From: Xylographa opegraphella
Taxonomy: Eukaryota
Assembly: GCA_022813865.1 (NCBI GenBank)
Contig: JALDZX010000008.1
Coordinates: forward strand, 496,001-560,000
Direction: 5' to 3'
DNA length: 64,000 bases
This document shows, piece by piece, positions 35,598 through 48,850 of the stretch. The translations under genes and the position numbers were made by a program. A model generated the notes under the pieces. It searched no databases and was not told the DNA's origin. It was given only the letters and a program-made list of their open reading frames with translations. Position 1 is the stretch's first letter, and each line of letters opens with the position of its first letter.

Positions 35598-37315
35598 ATG
35601 TCGACCTATCCTCCGGAGAAAGCCGGTCAGCCCGGCTCACAGGCTCTTCCCACTCGAACAACGACGGGGACGATGTCCGACGACGAGGCCGTTCCGGACG
35701 CAAACCCAAGTGACGTATGTTGTAAAAAACCTTTTGGAACTGCTGTTTCTGACAGACTGGTAGACTGCTGGGATATTGCAAGAAAGGCTTCAAGCTTGGA
35801 AGCATGCAGTTGGGTATATTGAGAACTACTTTAATGCTACCGAGAAAGTGGAGAAGGCACATGCTAAGGAGTATGAGAAGGTGCTCAAGGTTTGTACCTA
35901 CTCCTGAATATTAAAAGCATAGCACTGATGGTAAGCAGAGTATTTCAGATCCTTTGAAAGAGGGCCATCACTTTGACCAGAGCCTTGGTGGTATTGCCGG
36001 TTAGCCAAATTTATGCTTCTTCTTATACGTTTTCTGATATAGATAGGGATGTTCGAGAATATGCGCTCCAATACTCAGGTACATGCGTGAGCTTTCACAA
36101 TGAACGGGGCTTATCGAAGCTTAGGGCATTTCCAACTCTCACCTCGAAACCGCAAAGAATATTTCAGGCTCTGTCTTACCCATCCTGTCGCGACTACATG
36201 CAGAGATAAAGAACAAGGGCAAGGAGTTGACCCACGGAGCGGCAAAAGGTGCCAAAAACGTGACGTCTGCACGCAACGAAACACAAAAGTACATCGAAGC
36301 ACTTGGTCAATACACTGCTACCTTTGATTCTTCGGGAGGTAAAATTGACCCGGCAAACGATCCATATCTTCTGCACAGAGGCATTCAACACAGACTCCAC
36401 AAGCAAGTTTTAGAAGAGAACAACAGCAGGCAGGATCTTATTGCAGTACAAGATAACTTCCAGGCTTTCGAAGCACACGTTGTCCAGACGATCCAACAGT
36501 CCATGAGCGCCTTCCTACAGTATGTTGGCGGTCAAGCTGAGCGCCAAAAAGCGATGTATACGGATATGACGAGCACCGCACAGCGTATCCCACAAGAATT
36601 CGAGTGGATGAATTTCCTGCATCGGAATGGGAACTTGATGATAGATCCAGCCACTCCGAAGCGATCAATGTCGAGCATTACATATCCCAATCAAGATCAT
36701 AAGTCGATAAAGCCTCTCATAGCAGGAACACTCGAACGAAAAAGTCGTGCACTAGGTGGAATAACAGGTTATAAAACAGGATATTATGCTGTGACTCCTT
36801 CGAAATATTTACACCAATTTGACGATGATGACGACTTCCGCAAAGATCCGACTACTGAATTGTCACTTTACCTCCCCGATTGCACTATTGGAGCTGTTTC
36901 TGACTGCAGATTCAACATTAAGGGGAAAGATGCCTCGAAGGGCAAGGTTGGGACAGCGTTTCAAATGAGCCATGAATTTTCATTCAAGGTCAACACCGAG
37001 GAAGATGCATTCAAGTGGTGGAAAGTAATCTCAGAGGCTGCTGGTGCCTTCAATGTCACTTCGGAGCCACCAAGTGAGGCCAGCAGCCCCGTGAGTAGCA
37101 GGAATGTCAGTGGACCGCCAGCCTACGCGGAAAAGCATGCTCCTCCAGTACAAACGCAGGGGCTGCTGCAAGGACAAGGTCCTACAAGTGCAGGGCCACA
37201 AAGTACTCTGGACAAGGAGGCTAGAAGTGCTGAAAGCGGAAAAGCGCAACAGAGTGCTGGTCCAACAGAGAGCCCAGTGACAACTGCTGCGACTGGGAAG
37301 GGACCGTCCATGTAG
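35598..37315 (+). CDS. BAR-like/PH domain protein (Slm1-like), multi-exon
   Basis: LQERLQAWKHAVGYIENYF helical domain, then PH motifs PLIAGTLERKSR, YYAVTPSKYLHQF, PTTELSLYLPDC and KWWKVI. Confidence 0.85.
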
Positions 37316-37539
37316 AGGACAAGTTTTGATGGGAGTTCTATATCCAATTTGATATCAATGTTTCTGTCTGCGGCTTTCAATGCGAACATGTTATGACGAG
37401 TAGGGAGTAACGGAGTCCGTCGCAATATGAGACATGATAGTAGACATTCGTATGGTGAGTCACGACAAGTCTAGTAAGATTGAAAATGAAGAATATCACA
37501 TGTGGATGATGTTCACACTTGGTATTCCTGATACCACTG

Positions 37540-38200
37540 AGTATTTTGAGAATTGGTCCAATAATGCAACCTTCCTTGTTGCCCTCGTGCACAGCATGGT
37601 CGCCATTGTCGCAGAGTATTACCTGCCCTTGTAATCCTTCCGCATAAAGCAAGCTGAGCCTCTTCGTAACGGTGTTTTGATCCTGTCGTGGGTTATAAAG
37701 AAAGTGGTTGTGGACATAATAGTTAGCATCTTAGCCCATGGGACAGGCCACTACCAGGTATTCATCTGGGCTGGAGTTGAGCTCATGACACTGTGAACAG
37801 GACTCTATACCAATTTCCGAACCGACACATCCAATGAACTCATAAGCGGTATCTGCACTGTCCTTCTATTCCATGCACCCCTTATCGTCTCCCATAATAC
37901 TGTCGGTCAAGCCAATACTGCTATAGCTGCTATGAAATTAGGTTTTGATCATAACTTAGCAGCCTCGACGCCTATCCTACTTAGCGGTGTGGTGTTCTAG
38001 AATAGTATGGCTGCCCGTCAATGGTAACTTCAAGGCGCTAGTATCAGCAAGTTGTCCTCGAGGCATTGTCCGGTGATCCAAACAGCGACAAATGTGGATA
38101 TCATCAAATGTTGCCAAAGAGCTGCACAGCATCAAATGGTACAGTATACATTTGCGTGAAGTTTAGAAAGAGAAATACGTTCTATAATATACACCTAAGT
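37540..38200 (+). pseudogene. Remnant of a DHA2-type (14-TM) MFS drug transporter, C-terminal half
   Basis: One frame reads EYYLPL*SF...AEPLRNGVLIL...TGHYQVFIWAG...TL*TGL...LLFHAPLI...GVVF*NSM, with in-frame stops at 37632, 37794, 37998 and 38025. Confidence 0.8.
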
Positions 38201-38895
38201 GGCAAATGTTGCGATAGAGGCGAGTGCTTTTGACAGCAGCGACGCGAGGCACGGAGCACACAGAAACAAGGACAGGATATAGAAGTTGACGAGAATCGGG
38301 ATATGACTGGTAATATCCGCATGTATGTTCAAGAACCGTGGTAAGGTTCATTGACGGGTGTATGGAGTATGTTCTCGGAGATTGAAAAAACGATTACCAA
38401 GAGTCTATGCTTTTACATGAACAAGAACTCTCTGCAAGCGATGTGGGATAGAAATATTAGACTCATCGGATGAATTCACATAGGAACTTCTGCACTTTCC
38501 TGGATTGTCAGATTCTGTTGAGCAAATGCCATCTGTACTCATCCACTGAGACTCAATCCAAATACAAAGGTGCTCGAATGTAGTTAGGGCAATTCAGCAG
38601 CCTTACCCGCCCAGCTAGCGTGCTGGTGGAGCTCGTGGAGAGAGTCGCTCGTCCGCAGCCGAGATGGCACCCTCACTGGCCGGCTTGGCACGTTGACGTC
38701 TGCTATCAGTACCTTATAATGCTTCGCGGTCGGCACACGACGCGGCTCCACGATCACATAGTTTCTTTCATATGTCATCTCCGTTCCTTTCACATCTGAA
38801 ACCACACAGACTACCATCAGAGGGTGGGACACGGCCGTAAGCTGTTCGTCCGCTGAAGGGTTTCCTTCCGCGCTTGAGCTGCCCCCATATGCACG

Positions 38896-41800
38896 ATGCA
38901 GGTACGCTACCATTTGATTCATTCTCAAACCCTAGATCAAAGATTGGCGCTATAGCGCCGTTGCTGAGGGCTGAATGGTACTCATGCGCTATGATTACTT
39001 CACGCCCGTTTTCTACCATTTACAGCGCCAAACGTATCATCTACTGATCGGATCGATTTCTATAGACTAGCAATGCCCGGAGAGGGCACGTACCACAAAT
39101 ATCTATAAGCGATGATAATCATCATGTTACAGAGGCAATTGGAACCTTGTACGATGACGCTTACTACACCAAACGGGAATCGAGACCACTTAGCTTTCTT
39201 CCTTCGCCTCTGAATGATGGTTTTCAATCTCCTGCAGCGCAACCTGCCCCAGGCGCCTCGACTATGGCCTTTGGACCTAGGAAGTCACTACATAAGGCGA
39301 CATCGATTGAGAGGTCACCTACACACACGAATGGGAACGGATATGGGCGAGGAGGAAGGACCAATTCCTTTGGTCACGAGAACGGCCCAAAATCTCCTCC
39401 ATTACCTGTTCGATCGCCATCTGACACAGCTAATTCGTCATTTCCTCTAAATGACATCGACTACGAATCAAACCCTGCGGCAGTGGCGCAAGAGTTGAGC
39501 AATCTTCAAGCTTTACGTCGAATGTCAATGGATGTTAATGCTGCAGGTGATCCTGACCTACCCACATTCAACTCCACTTTTGGCATGCCTACGATTGCCC
39601 CAACAGGATCAGCAGACGAGGATGATACCTCTCGATTATTCTGGGTACCTGCGAGACTTCATCCAGAGCTTGCACCAAAGGAATTCAAAACGTTTCTGGA
39701 CACCAGGGTAGACTCTATCAAAAGGAGATCTGCAGAGTACTCGCTGTCCCCAAACAACCCAGAACGTCAAGGATCTGGGGGAGGTCTCCGCCGGAAGAAG
39801 TCAATGCTTTCACGCCAAATCGATAATTCAGGAGGTCGAGGAGCTGAAGGGTATCAAGATGGTGCCGAACGATTGGATCGAAAAAAATCGTTGTCTAGTG
39901 CAGATGCGCTTAATACCGGGATCACTAATCTGTTAGAACTCGAGGAGCTTGTGAACGACCCAGGAACAGTCATACAACGATTGAGCTTAGATACAGGACA
40001 AAAAGCGATAGGGGGAGAAGTGCCTGCAAGTGAAGATATGCCTATCCTGCCAACAACCCCCGGTAATTCTCTTCGAAGGTCCACCCGAACGACTTATCGC
40101 CGAGGAAGTCTTCGTAAAAGTGACCGCATTCCAAAGCGGGCACCTAAACCAGCGGATACAGACACCGACGAGCTATCTAGTGCGTCTCCAACTGCCGCAG
40201 GAAATGAGCTGTCTGATTTCACGCATACTCGGACTGCGCCCACCACGATTACCGATCGACCGCTTGAGAACTTCTCCCGTCCAGGAAGGATGAACCGAAC
40301 TCGTGCTATTCTTCCAGAATCAGTTCCGGCCGCACCTCTTGATGGTGTGCGAACATCTTTCACGACTGACTCTAGAGACAAACCAACATTGAAAAGTCCG
40401 CCAGCTCCAATATCTCAAGCAAATCCAGTTCCTATTCCACCATTACCACGGCAGTTCGTGTCACAAATTGCCTCGAACGGTCGATCTACAGTACAACCAA
40501 ATAGAGTAGTACCTCAAATCGTTGTTGAAACACCTCCAGGCCTGGACGATACACGTACTGCACCTCCGTCCAGCCCAAAATCATATATACCACAACGTAT
40601 CCCAGCGAAGGAACCATTACCTCCTACACACCCCCCGGTACCTTTGCCAAACGGACCGCCGGGGGCGAGAGGGGGTAAAAGGCCTGGTCTAACACGGCAG
40701 AATCAGAGTGAGCAGGGCAATCAGACTCTGAAGGACATGGCAGCGCATCCGTCTCCATTACCTGGCAATAGTACTCGTACAGACAGTCTTTCTTTCATTC
40801 CCACACTCACTGAAGACAAAAAGAGCGAAAGTCCCAAGCCTGCCCTCAAGAAAGAGACCGTTGATGGTGCCAAGAAATCGAGCTGGAGCTGGGGCTCTCT
40901 ACTTGGTAATGAAGAGAAGGAGAAGGAAAAGAGGAAAGAAGAAGAGGCCAGAGAAGCGGCCAGTAAAAAAGCCAAAACGAAGTTAGCGAAGCCGTTGGAG
41001 AAGTCACACGATAATACCAGGTTGGATGTACTACAAACAGCGATGGATAGTGGACGTGGACGTGAAAGCCTTGTCTTGGATCGCGGAGACCTTAAGCTTC
41101 AAGAGGAACGCAAGAAAGAGAGTACTCGAAAGTCCTCTGGGAGCGACAATAAGAAGGACAAAGATAGCGGTCTATTTTCGTCCTTCTTTGGGGGAAAGAA
41201 GAAAAATGAACGCGAGTCATACGGCAAGAAAGTGCTACGTAGCCTATCTCCTGACCCACCTCATCCCGTACTGAAACCAGACGTGGACTACAACTGGACT
41301 CGGTTTTCTATCCTTGAAGAACGCGCTATATACCGAATGGCGCATATCAAACTTGCAAATCCTCGAAGAGCTCTGTGCTCACAAGTTCTACTTAGTAATT
41401 TCATGTATTCATATTTGGCCAAAGTGCAACAAATGCACCCCCAGATACAAATTCCTCAAAATGCAGTGCAAAAGGCTCAGCAACGACAACCGGATCAGTC
41501 GTCCCAACCATCCCCACAACACCGCAAAGCTGATCAACCGGAGGAGTATCATCAATACCAGAGGTATCAAGAGGTAAGTCGTGCCAGATATAAGGACTTG
41601 AACCTTACTCACATACCACCGCAGCAGCAAAAATTGCAGGACCAGGCGCACGGACAATCTCCAGCCACGCAAGGACAAAGTTCAGCTTCACAACACGACG
41701 GAGCTACCTACGTTGAGGATGCAAACACTTACAGTCACGAGCGCGAGGAACTGGATGGGCGGCATCGTCCACAATCACGAGCAAGCCAACACAGCACACA

Positions 41801-41945
41801 GAGCATTGATAATAGCGCCGGCCACTACGGCATGAACGGTGGGAGCCAGTATCACCGAGGAGGTCACCCTCCACAATCGCCATATCAATACCAGCAGTCG
41901 CAGTTTGAGGATTCGAGACATTCCGAAGACGATGAAATGTGGTAA
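38896..41945 (+). CDS. ZDS1: Zds1 (PP2A-Cdc55 regulator); start codon uncertain
   Basis: LFWVPARLHPELAPKEFKTFL and the Zds_C motif RFSILEERAIYRMAHIKLANPRR...VLLSNFMYSYL. The main exon opens after TATAG at 39065. Confidence 0.9.
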
Positions 41946-42716
41946 CACGTAGTTCTTTGCATGGGAAATAGCTTCTTTCGCTTGGATGGTAATGGAGTCC
42001 TTTGGCACGATCTGGCAGGGAAGAATTGGGTTCACTTGCGACCTGGGATGGGAGGTCTTATGCAGCACGAAGCCATGGGATTACTTCCTTTTCTTGATCG
42101 GCAGGCATAGATGCGCGCATGGTTCGTTGTGGCATAGCGAATGTAGGTTTATCTGAGGGCTGTCGTGCACCATCATCGATGGCCTCTGTACATACGGAAC
42201 CTCGGTTTCCGGACCGTGATATCGATGCTGAAGTAATGGGAGCATGGAGCAGGCTTGCATGCGAGTGGTAGTCGAAAGAACCGAGTGTTTGATTAGGGTT
42301 CTCATAACCTTTCTGAAATACACGTTACAGATTATTGGGAAGGTATGATATTGCTGTATGATCCGGATTTGCTTAAAAGTGCTTTGGATAAGCGCTTCGC
42401 CACGCAACCGGTATGCCAACTTTCAAATGATTGAAGTCATAATTCAAATCATAACACGACATGGGTCTGTCGTATGAGGCCAAGATCCCGAAGCCTCGCC
42501 CCCCTGAAAACACTCACCTCGAAGGCTGCCATATTTAGTCATCCAAGGTGGCGCAGTCATGGCGGCGCGGAGTCCATGTCATCATTGCAGCTTTCGGCAT
42601 CAAATGCTTCACACCATAAGGCAGAGTGACAAATAGTCCACCTTCTCTATAACTCCATCACATGTATATATTTCCCACCTTCTTCACTCCTGCCTGACCC
42701 GGTGTATGAAAGCCTC

Positions 42717-43407
42717 ATGCGCATTCCTTCCTTCCCCACCATCGTCCGCACATTCTACACCCTCACCAACGCCACTTCCCGCGCCCTCCCGCAACACAGA
42801 GCCCTCTTGCCCTTCACCCGCGGCACCGTCCTCAAGTCTATGCCCACGATCCCCTTTCTCGGCTCCTTATTCAGCAGCGCCGCTTCCAGAGACATGTCCT
42901 ACCCGGTGCAGAAGAGCGATGATGAGTGGCAGGCCGTCTTGAACAAAGGTATCGCCTCCCTTCCGCTCCTTTCCTCACCTTCCCCTCTTTCCCTCACCCT
43001 CCCGACGGTCTTATCGTGCTAACATACTCTCGGTAGAACAATTCCGCGTCCTCCGCGAAAAGGGTACCGAGGCGCCCTACACCGGCGAGTACGATAAGCA
43101 CATGCCCTCTTCGGGCGTGTACACCTGCGCCGGGTGCGATGCGCCGCTGTACAAGGCCACCCACAAGTTCAAGTCCGGCTGCGGCTGGCCGGCGTATTTC
43201 GACAGTATCCCCGGGGCGGTGACGAGGCATACGGATCGTACGTTCGGGATGGCGAGGACGGAGATTGTGTGCAGCAAGTGCGGGGGACATTTGGGGCATG
43301 TGTTTAAGGGGGAGGGGTATCCGACGCCGACGGACGAGCGGCATTGTGTGAACAGTGTGAGTTTGCGGTTTGCGAAGGGGGATGGGGAGGAGCAGAGTAA
43401 GGTTTAG
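42717..43407 (+). CDS. msrB: Peptide methionine-R-sulfoxide reductase, 1 intron
   Basis: QFRVLREKGTE, CAGC, KFKSGCGWPAYF, RTEIVCSKCGGHLGHVF and RHCVNS. Intron 42949-43036. Confidence 0.96.
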
Positions 43408-43823
43408 GGATTAGTGGTGGAGACTGAGTCGTGGATGCAACGTGTTGTGTTTACAAAGTACAAAGAGCCCACCTTGGCGCTCTCAGAATAACGATAGCAC
43501 GGTGAATGATGAAAGCGTGTTGGAGATCATGGAATACTGAGGATATTCTCCATTCAGGGGCTCAGCATCGACTGTCTTTAGATTGGAGACTCCAACCAAC
43601 AAGCTCCTCACCTATTACACGACTCCGTCTTCATCAACAAATGAACAAGCTTGACTGTATGCCAGAACTCCCAGGCTACCAATCTCAGCCACATAGAGTG
43701 TAAGCTTCCCCCCCTCATATATCGTACGCCTCTAAGCACAAACTCCATCCGCTCGACACCCAACAGCTTTCCGCTAAGCAGACAATAGATATTCAGACCT
43801 CTTGCCCCCATCCCGCCTCGTCA

Positions 43824-44078
43824 TCAAGATCGTCCTCCATTCCGCCGTCTCACACAAGACGGACACAGCTCTCCCCTGATTTTGTTGAGGATGATTTGCT
43901 CCTGTCTACAAAAGCCTGACTCCACTTTCTGCTTGCATGCACGGTATTCTACCAGGGTTGCACGACTACCCTGCTGTTGACAGCCAGGGCATACTTTGAT
44001 GTTTTTAACAGAACGGCATCTAGCGGGTGGATTAGTTCCAACCCAGGGGTCGAGAGAGATCGGAGTTTGAGCGTACAT
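43824..44078 (-). CDS. Small Cys-rich putative Zn-binding protein (84 aa if unspliced)
   Basis: Seven Cys including CPGC and CPSC, and a basic tail. No recognised family. Confidence 0.5.
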   Translation of the reverse strand: MYAQTPISLDPWVGTNPPARCRSVKNIKVCPGCQQQGSRATLVEYRACKQKVESGFCRQEQIILNKIRGELCPSCVRRRNGGRS

Positions 44079-45444
44079 TTTTTCGACGGCGAGGATACTT
44101 TTTAAGGTTCGAATTCTATGCCACAAGTCTCCTTAAGCTCGGTATGAAGTGTGTATAGTGCGGTGATCAACCAGCGGATTCATTCGGTGGACCTTGGTAC
44201 AACCCTGTAGTTACCCCCGCTGTACCCCATGCCTGGCATTTGATTGGTCCGACTTGACTTTAGTGCGGTTACCAGCTGATGGCATTTTTAGTTTTGTTTC
44301 GCTTACATATTTCTTTACGCGCTGATTTTACGCGTTCTGCGTTTAATTGAAGACGTTTTTGGACTCGAAGTGATCGAAATGAGGAAGGGTTAAAGAGCTT
44401 AAATTGCGAGGGGGAATGGAGGACTTTTGGGGTATAGGGACTGTGAACAGGGGCTGGGGAGTCTGCGATTTTTTTGAACACTGCTGCGAATAATAGAAAA
44501 TGGCACTTTTATTTATGCGTAACTTTTACAAAGTGTGACGCGTTTTAGGGCTTCTAGACTAGGGTGACCCGAGGAATAATGACAAGACAGGAGACTTGGG
44601 ATACAACAAGCGAACTACGAGGGTGCGCCAGGGTCAGCCGAGGAATTCGCTGGATAATTAACTGCGTCAAGGGAAGTAATGCTATTATTCGAGAGTGAGC
44701 ATCGTGACTAAGAGACTGTTTTGGGCTACTCAGCCAGAATTCAGCCCAGCAGACTCCTGAGTTACCTGCTGATATAACCAAAAATGGTCTGTGTTCAATG
44801 CATTTAGACCTTGTAGCTAACAAAAAATGAAGGTAAGCTAGAGAATACTGAGAAACATGTGAGGTGCAGCTGGGGAATCATGAACTCTAAACACGTCGAC
44901 TGACGATGCTTGCAGCTGCGACGAGGTTTGGCCACACTTGTCGCATCTCTCCCGGTAAGTAGATAGAAATGCAACAGATTCTGAAGGATGAATACTGCAT
45001 AACAATGACTATGAAACAGTCAGTACATTATTTGCTAAAGTAGTCGGGAACTGTTAATAAGCAGGTTACTCCAGAATGTCTCTCATATAATGTACACGCT
45101 TATGAACATTCGATCATCGGGTTGTCGATGTAAATGTGCTATTAGCAATTCAAGGTAGCAATAGTGATGTTGTCTTAGAGCAGGACTTGAGCAAGAGCAA
45201 GACAGTGTGAAAGCATCAATACTCGTTAGCGCTTGGCGCTTGGCGCTTGATATGACCCATCCCGGTTATTCGAAGCGAATTTGATGCCCAATGCGGATTA
45301 TCCCGTCTCCAGTAAGATTGTTCCGCAACTGAACTCAGGAAATTGACGACTCTTCTAACGTGCGCTCCAACAATAGCAAGCATCACTCGTTGATGAACAG
45401 ATTCCGTTGGACATTGACCGGTCGGCAAGACTTACGGACCCTGA

Positions 45445-47555
45445 ATGTCGAGGAGAGCAGATCCGGCCGCTGGCCGCGCAGGGCAGAACCAGCAAACCAT
45501 CAAGAGTTTATTGAAACTGGAAGGAAACAAGAGTTGTGCGGACTGTAAGAGAAATAAGCGTACGTTATTGCGGCTTTGGTTACCTGCCACGAACTGCGGT
45601 GTGAGGATCAGGATGCTGACTGCTATTTCCTGAAAGACCCACGATGGGCAAGTTGGAATCTGGGCATATTCGTTTGCATAAGGTGCGCTTTCGACCTATC
45701 CCATAAAGTACTCTACGACTAATGGTCCTTTAAGATGCTCTGGAATTCACCGTGGTATGGGAACACACATCAGTCGAGTCAAATCTGTGGATCTCGATGC
45801 CTGGACAGACGAGCAACTTCAGAGCGTACTACGCTGGGGCAACGCAAGAGCCAATAAGTTGGTCGAATGACTCGGAACAAAGAGTGCCGATAGAAAGGCT
45901 AACATTAAAAAGGTACTGGGAGGCGAAGCTAGCACCTGGTCATGTCCCGTCCGAAGCGTGAGCATCCTCGAAGATAAGCCTCGTAAATAGATTACTAATG
46001 AATGAACAGCAAAATCGAGAACTTCATCAGGACGAAATATGAGTCGAAAAGATGGGTTATGGAAGGTCCAATGCCCGATCCTTCAACATTGGACGTTGAA
46101 GGCGATGACGATGTGGTTCGTTCTCCTTTGCGTAACACAGTAACTTTTTTAAGCGCTAAGAGGTCTGTACAGCCTCTAAACATTGTGCAAGAGAAAGCCA
46201 AATTGGATCGATCGTCATCTCAACGTATATCTTCCGCGCTAGCGCAGCCTCCACCACCTACTACAAAGCCAATCCAAAACTTCGATCTCATGGTAGAGGA
46301 CACTATACCTACCCCTCCAGTGCGGCCAAGCACAACGAGCAATTCAACCGTACGACCTCCGCCTACGAAGCCTGCGGCACAACCTTCACAATTACTTGGA
46401 GGTCTCGACTTCTTTGGTGGGCCACCTGATAGACCTGCAAGTGCTTCATCACAACCAGCTGGCTCTACAGGGATGTCACGACCAGACTTGAAACAATCAA
46501 TACTTTCCTTATATGCATCGACACCGAAGCCTCCACCACAACCTCGATCTCCAACACAATCCCAACCACCGCAGCAACCAGGACGACAGGCTTCAATTGG
46601 TGGCATGCAAACTTCAGCAGCTGGCAATTCATCGGCCTTCGGTGGATTAGACGATGCCTTTAGCGGTCTCAAGTTCGGCAATTCGACTTCGCCCACGTCT
46701 TCCCAGTCACAGCCACAGCCGAAACCACCTTCTTTCTCTCCTTTTGGGCAAATTTCAAATCAACGATCTACTCCAGCAGCCCCACAAGTGACTTCCACGC
46801 CATTAGGCGGTGGAGGGTTTTTCGACACCGGGCCGAAGCCGCCACCAAAGCAAGTACCAGCGAAGACAGCTGCGCCCCCGGCTTTGATATCTCGGAAATT
46901 TAGCAACGCATCGAGTGGGTTTGGGGAGTTTAGCTCCGCTCTGAATCCGGTGTCCGCATCTTCTCTTGCAACCAGTACCAATGGTCTACTTGATCTCTCG
47001 TCCCCAGGAATGATACAATCCGCTCGACCAGCATATCCTTCAAACACAATGGCTTCAGTCTTCAATCTTTCAGCTCCAGCTCAACCATCGAACTACCAAC
47101 CTGTCATACAGTCTTCTGCTCCACCTACCAAGAGCACATTCTCAGGAGTCTCAAACAGCGATCCATGGGGCTCGAGCGATCCATGGGCCAATTCGGAGCC
47201 GGCTGCAATGACGCCACAGGCACAGTCTATCAAATCGCCTTCGACGACTTCTGCTACAGCCAGTGACTTCGGCTGGGGCAATAGTGCAGCAAGCGCCGGT
47301 GCTGGAAGCGGAGGTGGCTTCAGCATCCAGTCACCACCCGGTGGTCGTGGATTTGGTAGTTCATCAGCAGTGCCTCCGAAAATTGCTGCAGAAGAGGATT
47401 TCGGGGGGTGGAACACTGCTGCCCCTGAGACTCCTGCATCGCCTAATCCTCCGACAATAAGCGCTGTTCCGAGAACTGAACCCCAAAATCAACAACGCCA
47501 GCAGATGTTCAACCCTCCTCCGACCGAAGATCTGTTCTCGAACGTATGGGGATAG
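45445..47555 (+). CDS. ArfGAP, SMAP/Age2-like, multi-exon
   Basis: NKSCADC...[36 protein letters not shown]. Low-complexity tail with DPW, DFGW and LLDL motifs. Confidence 0.93.
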
Positions 47556-47904
47556 TATGGTAACACTGTCAGAAATGGGACTCCTTGAGCAATGGGCTGG
47601 CTTGGTTGACGGACTTATGCATATGACAGCGTTTGTTCAGTATGAAACTCAAAGTGCTAGGCCCTGACAAACGCACGGCTGTAACCAAGATAGAAACATT
47701 CTTTGATGAAAATCCAATTCTGAGTACATAATTACACCACTCGCCAGTAATGAATTCCAAAGGTATATAAAGGCAGCACGAACGCCTCCCACTAGTTACA
47801 ACTCCCACTGCATCTTCCCATGCACCGAAATGCCATATTTGGACATACAAACTCCCCAGTACCATGCCTGCCAATTTTCGCACGAAGAAAAGCGGTAGAA
47901 TATG

Positions 47905-48358
47905 TCACCAGAAGAAACTTAGTATCCACCACAGCCCGACGGTCACCGCTATTATACCACCGGCCAGCTTGAAAATGGCTACTTTGTTTCCCTGCTGTGC
48001 CATACGCCCCAGCCTATTGGCACTGCCCTTCAGGGAGCTGGAGAGGTTGGAGAAGACTTCGCTCTGTGAGGAGACCAAGTCAGCGAAGTTGCCTAATGTG
48101 GTTATAGGAGCGGAGATGTCCAGGACACGCAGAGGGACCAACAGAGTGCAAAGACGGGGAGTCTTACACTGCTGTCGATCACATCTTGATTACGCGCATT
48201 GTCGTAGATGTTAACGGTGACGCCCCGGAGGGCGGACACCTTGGAGGAGAGTTCGTCGAGAAGGTGGTTGTTTTGTCTGGCGGTAGAGTCAGTGAACGGC
48301 CGAAGACAAGCAGAACTTATGCTCGTACGTACTGTTCTCGTTCGTACGCATCCGACAT
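47905..48358 (-). CDS. Small Qc-SNARE, Sft1/Bet1-like, 2 introns
   Basis: Spliced MSDAYERE|QQNNHLLDELSSKVSALRGVTVNIYDNARNQDVIDSS|SEVFSNLSSSLKGSANRLGRMA plus a C-terminal TM helix. Confidence 0.88.
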
Positions 48359-48850
48359 TGTTAGAATCGATATCAGGCCGCCAGTGGGTGGAGAGCTCTA
48401 TGATATGTGGGATCGCTTTGTTGGACCCATTCCATGTGGCAGCATGTGCCAAGCTTCGCCAAGAGGCGGTTCAGCCTTATGTTCGGCGCGGCGGGATCAG
48501 ATTGCGGAAGGCGAGGAAGGCAACAAACTTTTATGCGGTCTCAACCCTCTTTTTATGAATTGGCCGATTGAGCTTCGGGACGGTATACCAACTTCCTCTC
48601 TCCTTGTTTGCTTAGGGAAGCATCGGACTGTGTCGTTGTGCGATTGACAGTTGTCAAAGCAAGCAGCCAAAAATTCGTCGGGTCTAAGCCACAGCTTCGA
48701 ACCTCGGAGATCTGCGTCATCGGCTCACTGTCCTGTACAAATATTACGATATCTGAGACTCCAGAGTTGATTGTAACAGACATTGTTATCATAAAGAATT
48801 ATATCTAGAACTCATCCAATCGACACAAACTACCTCAGAATACTGCAAAC

